Position numbers and translations under genes: made by a program. A DNA stretch of 32,000 nt, from NCBI GenBank assembly GCA_963825145.1, contig CAWGSC010000002.1, positions 207,296 through 239,295 of the forward strand, given 5' to 3'. Shown piece after piece: positions 8,429 to 15,626 of the stretch (positions are counted from its first letter, which is position 1; each line of letters starts with the position of its first letter). Source of the DNA: an uncultured Nitrospiraceae bacterium. GTDB taxonomy: Bacteria; Nitrospirota; Nitrospiria; Nitrospirales; Nitrospiraceae. The notes beneath the pieces were generated by a model. It did no database searches. It was given only the letters and a program-made list of their open reading frames with translations, and was not told where the DNA came from.

Positions 8429-8454
8429 GACTGCTGCGGTCGACCGCAGCAGTC
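8429..8454. repeat. Perfect 26-nt palindrome / potential RNA hairpin just upstream of the copC RBS
   Basis: gactgctgcggtcgaccgcagcagtc is its own reverse complement. It is followed by aaggacGAGGAGGAGGtccgATG (copC) and has no U-tract. Confidence 0.6.
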
Positions 8455-8474
8455 AAGGACGAGGAGGAGGTCCG

Positions 8475-8879
8475 ATGGAATCATGGGCCGTTCACGGGCT
8501 CAAGCGCGTCGTGGTAGGCACAGTGATGGCGATGGCCATGTGCGTGCATACGGCGCCAGCGCTGGCGCATTCAATGCTCGTCAAAGCAGAGCCGCCGCGT
8601 CGGGCTCTCCTCGCCAAGGCACCAGCGCAGGTACGACTCTGGTTCAACGAGGAAATTGAAGGCGACTACGCGTCTCTTGTCGTGCTCGACGCCGAGAAAC
8701 ATCCTGTAACCGAGATCAATCCTCAACTTGCTCCGGATGATCGAAAATCCATCGTCTTGCCATTACCGGAGTTGGCGCCCGGGAAGTACTCAGTAAAGTT
8801 TCGGGTGCTGTCGGTAGACGGTCACGTGGTGGAGTCTTCCTTCGACTTCACGGTAAAGGATAAAGTGCAAAAGAAATGA
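8475..8879 (+). CDS. copC: Periplasmic copper-binding protein CopC
   Basis: ORF 8307..8879 trimmed to the ATG at 8475 (GAGGAGGAGG upstream). Signal peptide ..HTAPALA|HSMLVKAEP places His at the mature N-terminus. Motifs RLWFNEEIE and SVDGHVVESSFDFTV are typical of CopC. No Met-rich Cu(I) loop is seen. Confidence 0.88.
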   Translation: MESWAVHGLKRVVVGTVMAMAMCVHTAPALAHSMLVKAEPPRRALLAKAPAQVRLWFNEEIEGDYASLVVLDAEKHPVTEINPQLAPDDRKSIVLPLPELAPGKYSVKFRVLSVDGHVVESSFDFTVKDKVQKK

Positions 8880-10897
8880 TCGAGATCATCGGCGCGCTGT
8901 TCCGCTGGCTACAGCTTGCGTCCAACATGATCCTGATCGGCGGCTGCGTCTTTCTTACGATTGCCGTGCGCGCCAAAACCATATCCGACGCCCCATGGCC
9001 AGCCCGCCTGGAGCGGGCGTTACCGTGGCTTTCGGTCACGCTTCTGCTGGGGTTGGTGGGCATACTGGCCACGACTACAGCGCAGGCCACGGGGGTAGCC
9101 GAAAATGCTTGGCGCCCGGGAGCCTGGCTGGAATTCTTACAAAAAACCCGCATAGGACTCATCTGGATGGTGCGCGCGGCCCTTGCGCTTATCGTCCTCG
9201 GAGTAGCCCTCTACATTCGGCTCTCACCTCGGGCGCATTGGCGATATGTGTTGTGCGCGATCGTCGCTGCGCTCACGCTGGCTGTGGGATCGCTCGCGAG
9301 CCATTCCGCAGCCGGAGAACTGTCCGTCGCATCGGTCCTGCCCTACACGCTGCACATCATTCTCGCAAGTGTCTGGTTCGGAGGGCTGCCAGCCATTCTC
9401 ACGGTCATGTTCGCCACCAGCGGAAAGGGCTCACACGAGGAAGTGGATCGGTCCGGCCTCCAGACCCTGAAGCGTTTCTCGGCGATAGCGCTGCCTGTAA
9501 TGGTCGCTGTCGTGGCCACCGGCATTCTCGTTGCGGATCGCATGGTGGACACAAACTACGCCGCATTAGTCGCAACGAGCTACGGCTGGTTACTCAACAC
9601 AAAGCTTTCGTTGCTCGCACCGATTCTCGTGATCGGCGCGTGTGCGCGCCTCGTCTGGATCCCGTCACTCGAGCAGAACGCGGATGTAGCTGCAGCCGGG
9701 GGACGAGGCCTTCGAAAGTGGGTCACCGTCGAATTCGCGATCGCGTTGATGTTGGTGCTGGTGGCAACAATACTGGCCAACGCCGTACCGGCGAAGCATG
9801 ACGTCATTGAAGACTGGCCCTATCCATTCCGCTTCTCCATCGACGCGACCTGGGGTGAGCCGGGAGCGATGATCGGCGAGGGAGCCGGAGTCGCCCTGCT
9901 TGTCCTGGCAGGTGGGGCGCTCATACTAGGTCGAACCAAACGTTGGGAAACAAAATGGCGCATAACTATCCCGGTCGTACTGGCTGCCTGTGCGCTAGCC
10001 GTGGCGCTGCCTCCTATTGGTATTCAGGCCTATCCTGAAACCTACCGCAAGACGCCGGTCCCGTTCGATGCCATTTCCGTTGCCAACGGTGCGACCCACT
10101 TCGCCGCGAACTGCGTGCCCTGCCACGGCCCTCAAGCCAAGGGCAATGGTGTTCTGGCCAAGACCTTCAAGAAGCCACCGGTGGATCTGCTCACGGAGCC
10201 GCACACTCTCAAGCACACTGCAGGCGATTTTTTCCACTGGTTGACTTATGGTATTCCCGATACGGGTATGCCGGCGTTTGCCGACAAACTTATGGAAGAG
10301 GATCGCTGGGATGTCGTGAACTTTCTCCATGCCACGTCCCGCGGCTATCAGGCGCGGCTCATAAACCCTTTCGTCGCTCCCAATCAGCCCTATATGGCTC
10401 CGCAGAACTTCTCCTATTCCGCGCAAGACGGTACGAGCGGCACCTTGAAGGACTTCCGCCGGCAAAAAACAGTGTTGCTGGTGCTGTTTTCGTGGCCAGA
10501 GTCACGCACGAGGCTCGATCAACTGCGGCTGGCATACGCCACGCTAAGTGGCAGCAATACGGTGGTGCTGGCGGTCCCCGTGAATGATCTCAACCAGCAG
10601 GATATGGAGGCGGTCTCGGCGAATATGCCTTTCCTGGTGGCAACGCAGGGTGCGCCGGAGATCGCGAAAAGCTACGCCTTGTTCCGTAGAACCCTCAGCA
10701 ATCCGGATCTGGCCGGTGAGGGAACAGCACCGAAACACATGGAGTTCCTGATAGACCACTATGGCTATTTGCGGGCGCGCTGGATCCCTGAGGTGGACGG
10801 GGCGGGGTGGACGGACATCGGCGCATTGATGCGGGAGATCGGTCAACTTAACCGGGAAGGTGAAATTCGTCCGCCGCCAGACGACCATGTGCACTGA
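8876..10897 (+). CDS. copD: CopD-family copper membrane protein fused to a mono-heme cytochrome c domain and a C-terminal Cys-less thioredoxin/peroxiredoxin-like domain
   Basis: 673 aa with an ATGA overlap with copC. The N-terminal ~390 aa are polytopic (CopD-like). CxxCH is at nt 10112-10126 (FAANCVPCHGPQAKGNG) with a distal GMPAFADKL. The C-terminus has KTVLLVLFSWPESRTRL..VVLAVPVND..EFLIDHYGYLRARW, resembling an AhpC/TSA fold without the catalytic Cys. Confidence 0.8.
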   Translation: MIEIIGALFRWLQLASNMILIGGCVFLTIAVRAKTISDAPWPARLERALPWLSVTLLLGLVGILATTTAQATGVAENAWRPGAWLEFLQKTRIGLIWMVRAALALIVLGVALYIRLSPRAHWRYVLCAIVAALTLAVGSLASHSAAGELSVASVLPYTLHIILASVWFGGLPAILTVMFATSGKGSHEEVDRSGLQTLKRFSAIALPVMVAVVATGILVADRMVDTNYAALVATSYGWLLNTKLSLLAPILVIGACARLVWIPSLEQNADVAAAGGRGLRKWVTVEFAIALMLVLVATILANAVPAKHDVIEDWPYPFRFSIDATWGEPGAMIGEGAGVALLVLAGGALILGRTKRWETKWRITIPVVLAACALAVALPPIGIQAYPETYRKTPVPFDAISVANGATHFAANCVPCHGPQAKGNGVLAKTFKKPPVDLLTEPHTLKHTAGDFFHWLTYGIPDTGMPAFADKLMEEDRWDVVNFLHATSRGYQARLINPFVAPNQPYMAPQNFSYSAQDGTSGTLKDFRRQKTVLLVLFSWPESRTRLDQLRLAYATLSGSNTVVLAVPVNDLNQQDMEAVSANMPFLVATQGAPEIAKSYALFRRTLSNPDLAGEGTAPKHMEFLIDHYGYLRARWIPEVDGAGWTDIGALMREIGQLNREGEIRPPPDDHVH

Positions 10898-11236
10898 GGT
10901 TTCATCTGGGAAAATTGGCATGGCGCGAACTAGAGACACGTTCCAACGATCATTTTGAGGAGGGACGAATTGAGGCTATGGTCTTCCGGAAACTCGAATA
11001 TGTCACATAGAAACACCCTGACCCTGAAGACCGTGTAGCGGCAAGGTCGCTCCGTCTATTTTTTTCTTGTCCGAATACCCCACAGCTTGCTTCGAAGAGC
11101 TTCATTCTGAACAAGCCCGAACAATTGGATTGCCTTTAAGCCCTACCGGAGAAAGAAGGATGGGAAGAAGTGGCGATCGTCAGGCCTGTATCGGCACAGA
11201 AGCTGCCGCATGGCAAGCTTAGGTGTTCCTGCGTGC

Positions 11237-11264
11237 TTGACATTACAGCACTTTCTTGTATATT
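11237..11264 (+). promoter_or_regulatory. Near-consensus sigma70-type promoter (TTGACA-N16-TATATT) ending 13 nt before the IS left end
   Basis: TTGACA at 11237-11242, a 16-nt spacer, and TATATT at 11259-11264. Orientation is towards the IS transposase and amoCAB. Confidence 0.35.
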
Positions 11265-11277
11265 TTTCGTACTCAAT

Positions 11278-11299
11278 GGGCTATGCACTTGACTCCAGT
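11278..11299. repeat. IS left inverted repeat
   Basis: 21/22 match to the reverse complement of 12265-12286. Confidence 0.8.
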
Positions 11300-11338
11300 A
11301 TACCCCAGGCGTAGTGAAGTCACACCGTGGAGGACTAT

Positions 11339-12250
11339 ATGATGCGGACCCTCGCCGAGTTCGAGCAGCGCTTCGCCACAGAAGGTGCATGCCGCGCCTA
11401 CCTGGCTCGGTTGCGATGGCCAACTGGGTTCTGTTGCCCCCAGTGCACGACCAGCGGCAGTTGGACAACCACACGATGTCTCTTGATGTGCCGTCGGTGT
11501 GGATACCAAGCCTCGGTCACAGCGGGGACGATCTTCCACCGAACCCGCCTTCCTTTGCAGGACTGGTTTCGAGCCATGTGGTGGATGACCGGGCAGAAAC
11601 ACCAGCTCAGTGCCTTGGGTCTACAGCGCCTGCTGGGCTTTGGCAGTTATAGAACTGCGTGGTTATGGCTTCAAAAACTGCGACGCGCAATGGTACTGCC
11701 GGATTGGGACAGGTTGGGAGGCGAAGTTGAAGTAGACGAAATACACATGGGCAACGTCGAGGCGGGAGGAGGCCGCTGGCACCTAGAAAGCAAAGCCCTG
11801 GTGGCGATTGCCGCGCAAATCGATGGGAAGGGGATTGGGCGCATCCGCCTGCGTCGGATTCCCGCCGCCTCTCCGAGCCAGCTCGTCGCCTTCGTAAAAC
11901 ACATGGTCGAACCGGGCTCCGTAGTCATCACGGATGGATGGAAGGGCTATGCAGGGTTGAAACAGGAGGGGTTCAAGCACCGACCGCGATTGATCAATGC
12001 CAGCGGCAAAACAGCGTCAGCCTTGCTACCCCGCGTACACCGGGTGGCGTCCTTGTTGAGACGTTGGTTGATGGGTATCCATCAAGGTGCACTGTCCCGT
12101 GAGCAACTAGATACCTATCTCGATGAATTCACGTTTAGGTTCAACCGTCGAACGTCTAGAAACCGTTGGAAACTGTTCTACGGACTTGTCGCGCAAGCTG
12201 TCGCAATTGAGCCTGTCCCCAACTCCAGGCTGGTTACAGTCACCTCCTAA
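11339..12250 (+). CDS. IS1595-family (ISXO2-like) DDE transposase with N-terminal zinc ribbon
   Basis: ORF 11327..12250 starts at a GTG. A likelier start is the ATG at 11339 (GGAGG 5 nt upstream). MMRTLAEFEQRFATEGACRAYLARLRWPTGFCCPQC..CRRCGYQASVTAGTIFHRTRLPL..EVEVDEIHMG..VITDGWKGY..YLDEFTFRFNRR is characteristic of this family. Confidence 0.88.
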   Translation: MMRTLAEFEQRFATEGACRAYLARLRWPTGFCCPQCTTSGSWTTTRCLLMCRRCGYQASVTAGTIFHRTRLPLQDWFRAMWWMTGQKHQLSALGLQRLLGFGSYRTAWLWLQKLRRAMVLPDWDRLGGEVEVDEIHMGNVEAGGGRWHLESKALVAIAAQIDGKGIGRIRLRRIPAASPSQLVAFVKHMVEPGSVVITDGWKGYAGLKQEGFKHRPRLINASGKTASALLPRVHRVASLLRRWLMGIHQGALSREQLDTYLDEFTFRFNRRTSRNRWKLFYGLVAQAVAIEPVPNSRLVTVTS

Positions 12251-12264
12251 TGTTGGGTGACTAA

Positions 12265-12286
12265 ACTGGAGTTAAGTGCATAGCCC
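12265..12286. repeat. IS right inverted repeat
   Basis: 21/22 match to the reverse complement of 11278-11299. Confidence 0.8.
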
Positions 12287-12336
12287 TTTGCACGCATTTT
12301 GCAAGCAGGATGAGGCTTCCACCTTGGATATTCTAC

Positions 12337-12366
12337 TTGACATCAAGAAACCGTATCCGCTACTCT
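12337..12366 (+). promoter_or_regulatory. Candidate sigma70 promoter for amoC between the IS and amoC (TTGACA-N18-TACTCT)
   Basis: A perfect -35 at 12337-12342 and a weak -10 at 12361-12366, about 110 nt upstream of the amoC ATG. Confidence 0.25.
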
Positions 12367-12474
12367 CCCGCCACGCAGATAAACGGCAGCAACCAGTAGT
12401 CGTAATGTTTCGCCGGAGAATTTTTCTCTGGATTATGCAGTGGGTCTCAATCACATAAAAAGGAGGTCCGTGAT

Positions 12475-13275
12475 ATGGCGAGTTCAACAACATGGGGGGG
12501 TACCGATCGGGGCTACGATATGTCGCTCTGGTACGATTCCAGGCCCCTCAAGATCGGCTGGTTTGCAATGTTGGCGGCGGTGGGCGCCGAAGTCGTGTTT
12601 CAGCGCGTCTTCGGGTACTCCCACGGTTTGGACTCGATGACGCCGGAGTTCGAAAACGTCTGGATGGGGCTGTGGCGCTTTAACGTGATTTCCAACATCA
12701 TCTTCTCGGCCGCAACCCTCGGGTGGATTTGGCAAACGCGGGATCGCAACGTCGCCAACGTCGACCCCAAGACGGAACTCAAGCGGTACTTCTACTGGAT
12801 GATGTGGCTCGCGATTTATGTGTTCGGCGTGTACTGGGCCGGGAGCTACACCCTGGAGCAGGATGCGTCGTGGCACCAGGTGATCATCCGCGATACGAGC
12901 TTCACCGCCAGCCATATCATCGCCTTCTATTTCACCTTCCCGTTGTACATCACCTGTGGCGTCGCGAGTTATCTGTATGCGATGACGCGGCTGCCGCAGT
13001 TCAGCAAGGCCGTCTCGTTCCCGTTGGTGGGAGCGATCGTGGGCCCGATGATGATTCTGCCGAATGTGGGGCTCAATGAGTGGGGCCATGCATTCTGGTT
13101 TGTCGATGAACTCTTTGCCGCGCCGTTGCACTGGGGCTTTGTGACGTTGGGCTGGTGCGGGTTGTTCGGCGGGACCGGGGGCGTGGCGGCACAGATCGTG
13201 GCGCGCATGTCCAACCTGTGCGATGTGGTCTGGAACAACGAGAGCAAGGATTGTTTGCATGTGATCCCGTACTAA
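12475..13275 (+). CDS. amoC: Ammonia monooxygenase subunit C
   Basis: 266 aa with AGGAGG 8 nt upstream. [66 protein letters not shown] aligns essentially end to end with remembered betaproteobacterial AmoC. Confidence 0.95.
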   Translation: MASSTTWGGTDRGYDMSLWYDSRPLKIGWFAMLAAVGAEVVFQRVFGYSHGLDSMTPEFENVWMGLWRFNVISNIIFSAATLGWIWQTRDRNVANVDPKTELKRYFYWMMWLAIYVFGVYWAGSYTLEQDASWHQVIIRDTSFTASHIIAFYFTFPLYITCGVASYLYAMTRLPQFSKAVSFPLVGAIVGPMMILPNVGLNEWGHAFWFVDELFAAPLHWGFVTLGWCGLFGGTGGVAAQIVARMSNLCDVVWNNESKDCLHVIPY

Positions 13276-13354
13276 GTCGGGGACTGACCCCGTGCTCCGG
13301 AGGACGGAGCGCGGGATTGGCCAACCGGCCAGTTGAAATATAGGGAGGAGACTG

Positions 13355-13396
13355 ATGTTCAGAACGAGCGAGGAGGGGACAAATGGCACTGTTTAG
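13355..13396 (+). other. 13-codon uORF (MFRTSEEGTNGTV*) with its own strong SD, overlapping the amoA start
   Basis: tagGGAGGAGactgATGttcagaacgagcgag is followed by GAGGAGGGGacaaATGgcactgtttagaaccgctgaa. The uORF opening MFRTSE echoes AmoA MALFRTAE. It is out of frame with amoA and stops at 13394-13396. Confidence 0.35.
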
Positions 13397-14291
13397 AACC
13401 GCTGAAATTATCAAAGCCAGCAAGCTTCCGCCGGAAGGCGTCAAGCTGTCGAGAATGTTAGATGCGGTGTATTTCCTTCCGATTGCATATTTAGGGGTAT
13501 TCGCAACCTTTCATATGCACTTCGACCTGCTTGCAGGAGACTGGGATTTCTGGGTCGATTGGAAGGACCGGCAGTTTTGGGTGACGGTGACACCAATTGT
13601 AGAGGTCATGTATCCCGGGGCGATCATGTACTACTTCTGGACGTTCTACCGGCAACCGTTTGGTGCAACATTGAGCATCACGGGGCTCCTCGTCGGGAAG
13701 TGGATCACGATTGTATTTGCTTGGTACTGGTGGGCCAACTTTCCGATGAACTTCGTCATGCCAGCCACCATGGTCGGCAGCGCGCTGATCCTTGATTGCA
13801 CCCTGTTGCTGACTCGAAGCTGGATGCTCACCGCGATATTCGGGGTGTGGGCATTCGCAATGATGTTTAATCCGACACAATACGCCATATTCGGATACAG
13901 CCACCAACCGTTGGTTATAGATGGTCAGCTCATGTCGCTGGCCGATTACATGGGGTTCACGTATGTCCGTACTGGGACGCCTGAGTATATCCGAATCATT
14001 GAGGTGGGATCGCTGCGTACGTTCGGTGGACACACCGTCTGGATCTCGGCGTTCTTCTCGGCCTTCGTTTCTATGTTGGTCTTCACCATTTGGTGGCAAA
14101 TCGGCCACTTTGTCGGTCAATCGTTCTTTTGGGTCAAGGGCAAACGCGGTGTAATGTCACGGAAGAACGATGTCATGGTTATCGGCAGCGATGAGTATGC
14201 AAAAAGGCATGGTACGCCGGATGGGGTTGCGCCTAGATTGCCAGGAGCACCTATGGGGGCCGGAGCCACATTAGCAGAAGGGAAATCATGA
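13383..14291 (+). CDS. amoA: Ammonia monooxygenase subunit A
   Basis: 302 aa. LFRTAEIIKASKLPPEG..HMHFDLLAGDWDFWVDWKDRQFW..YRQPFGATL..YVRTGTPEYIRIIEVGSLRTFGGHT..FFSAFVSML is a clear AmoA. It has a longer Pro/Gly/Ala-rich C-terminal tail and an ATGA overlap with amoB. Confidence 0.96.
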   Translation: MALFRTAEIIKASKLPPEGVKLSRMLDAVYFLPIAYLGVFATFHMHFDLLAGDWDFWVDWKDRQFWVTVTPIVEVMYPGAIMYYFWTFYRQPFGATLSITGLLVGKWITIVFAWYWWANFPMNFVMPATMVGSALILDCTLLLTRSWMLTAIFGVWAFAMMFNPTQYAIFGYSHQPLVIDGQLMSLADYMGFTYVRTGTPEYIRIIEVGSLRTFGGHTVWISAFFSAFVSMLVFTIWWQIGHFVGQSFFWVKGKRGVMSRKNDVMVIGSDEYAKRHGTPDGVAPRLPGAPMGAGATLAEGKS

Positions 14292-15553
14292 ACGCCAAAA
14301 ACATAATTAAATTGTGCGTGATCGGCTCCCTCGGGATGGCGACACTGGGGCTCCCCCTGGTGTTCTTTGCCTCTCCCGCTGCCGCCCACGGGGAGCGTTC
14401 TCAGGAACCGTTCCTGCGGATGCGTACCGCTCAATGGTACGACACAAGGTGGAATCCGCAGAAGACCGCCGTCAACGATGAAGCGATGCTGTCTGGCAAA
14501 ATCCACATATCCGAAGACTGGCCAAGGGCCGTTGTTGCGCCCAAGCGTACGTTCATAAACGTAGGCAGCCCAAGTTCGGTGTTTACACGTCTCAGCTCGA
14601 AAGTGAACGGAGTTCCGATGGTCACCTCTGGCCCATTGGAGCTCGGTGGGGATTACGAGTATGTGATCAAGCTGAGGGGCCGGTTACCCGGTCATCATCA
14701 CATCCATCCAATGTTGGCCGTTAATGGCGCAGGCCCGATCGCCGGACCGGGAGGTTGGATGGATATCCAAGGCAATTATAAAGACTTTACCAATCCGGTG
14801 AAGTTGCTGGTTGGAGGAACCATCGATACGGAGACCGCAGGCCTGGCGGTTGGGCTCTTTTGGCATGCCCTATGGGGTGGTCTCGGATTTGCCTGGATAG
14901 GCTGGTTCATGCTTAGACCAATGTTCCTCATTCGAGCCCGTGTGCTGGCGCAAGAGGGAGGAGATGCGCTCCTAAACGATCCGGTCGACCGTGTCGTGGC
15001 CTTTGGCATGTTAGCAGTGTGCTTCGTCTTAATCGCAATTGGTTTCTTCGTGACGGATTCTCAGTACCCTTATACTATCCCGCTCCAAGCGGGTGAACCA
15101 AAGATCAAGGCGACTCATTTGAAGTCAGACCTCACGATCAAAGTTCTCGCCGCAGATTACGACGTTCCTGGTCGCGCCCTTCGCATGACCTTACAGGTCA
15201 CCAACAGCGGAGAGCAGCCTCTTAGGATCGGAGAATTCACGACGGCGGGCATCAGGTTCCTCAACAAGGTGGGGGTGGCCAACAATATGGACCCGACCTA
15301 TCCACCGGAGATCATGGCCCTAGACGGCTTGCATATAGAGGATGAGTCCCCCATCAACCCAGGCGAAAGCAGAGAAGTCAAGCTCGACTCGCGGGACTCG
15401 CTATGGGAAGTGCAGAGGTTGATGGATCTGGTCCACGATCCTGACCAGCGCTTCGGAGGGCTCGTGATGGCTTGGGACGAAGCCGGAAATCGTCATATCA
15501 ACAGTATAGCCGGTAACATCATCCCAGTCTTTACGAGGGCCGCAGGAGGCTAA
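14288..15553 (+). CDS. amoB: Ammonia monooxygenase subunit B
   Basis: 421 aa. Signal peptide ..FFASPAAA|HGERSQEPFLRMRTAQWYD (N-terminal His of the PmoB/AmoB copper site), HHHIHPML, two internal TM helices and a C-terminal cupredoxin-like domain. Confidence 0.94.
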   Translation: MNAKNIIKLCVIGSLGMATLGLPLVFFASPAAAHGERSQEPFLRMRTAQWYDTRWNPQKTAVNDEAMLSGKIHISEDWPRAVVAPKRTFINVGSPSSVFTRLSSKVNGVPMVTSGPLELGGDYEYVIKLRGRLPGHHHIHPMLAVNGAGPIAGPGGWMDIQGNYKDFTNPVKLLVGGTIDTETAGLAVGLFWHALWGGLGFAWIGWFMLRPMFLIRARVLAQEGGDALLNDPVDRVVAFGMLAVCFVLIAIGFFVTDSQYPYTIPLQAGEPKIKATHLKSDLTIKVLAADYDVPGRALRMTLQVTNSGEQPLRIGEFTTAGIRFLNKVGVANNMDPTYPPEIMALDGLHIEDESPINPGESREVKLDSRDSLWEVQRLMDLVHDPDQRFGGLVMAWDEAGNRHINSIAGNIIPVFTRAAGG

Positions 15554-15578
15554 GGGTTTAAGCACGTCCAAGCGTGAT

Positions 15579-15625
15579 GCCGATCCGCCCCCGTCGCGAG
15601 ACGGGATGGCGGATCGGCTTTTTTT
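15579..15625 (+). terminator. Rho-independent terminator of amoCAB
   Basis: gccgatccgcc (15579-15589) pairs with ggcggatcggc (15608-15618) and is followed by T7 (15619-15625). Confidence 0.85.
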
Positions 15626-15626
15626 A

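Larger units (their letters stand above)
11278..12286 (+). mobile_element. IS1595-family insertion sequence (about 1.0 kb), apparently intact
   Basis: Terminal inverted repeats: gggctatgcacttgactccagt (11278-11299) versus the reverse complement of 12265-12286, gggctatgcacttaactccagt (21/22). They enclose a single transposase ORF. I could not identify a flanking direct repeat. Confidence 0.85.

Noticed and set aside
8995-9801. 268-aa plus-strand ORF in an alternative frame of copD
   Set aside because: It overlaps the CopD membrane domain in the +1 frame. It is Arg/Gly/Ser-rich, while the CopD frame gives coherent TM helices and continues into the cytochrome c domain.
10898-11236. Possible copD terminator or small genes between copD and the IS (T-run at about 11059-11067; ORF 11136..11474 on the minus strand)
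   Set aside because: Only 3-4 bp of stem can be drawn before the T-run. The minus-strand ORF crosses the IS boundary and the transposase start, so it is not credible.
11266-12294. Search for a target-site duplication flanking the IS1595 element
   Set aside because: The flanks (..tactcaat | tttgcacg..) do not match, and allowing 3-4 nt of IR extension does not help. No TSD is claimed. The absence is used only as a hint of later recombination.
12288-12303. Sigma54-like element TTGCACGCATTTTGCA directly after the IS right end, upstream of amoC
   Set aside because: It matches TGGCACG-N4-TTGCA at every position except that the first G of the near-invariant GG doublet is T. Removing the IS does not restore GG. 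That is too weak to call, although it is tempting given the adjacent NtrC-type regulator. It is worth testing only if TSS data point there.
12484-13389. 301-aa minus-strand ORF covering amoC
   Set aside because: It is antisense to an unmistakable amoC. The translation is Arg/Pro/His-rich with no domain signature, so it is a GC-driven shadow frame.
13491-14120. 209-aa minus-strand ORF covering amoA
   Set aside because: It is antisense to amoA, with a biased composition and no motif.
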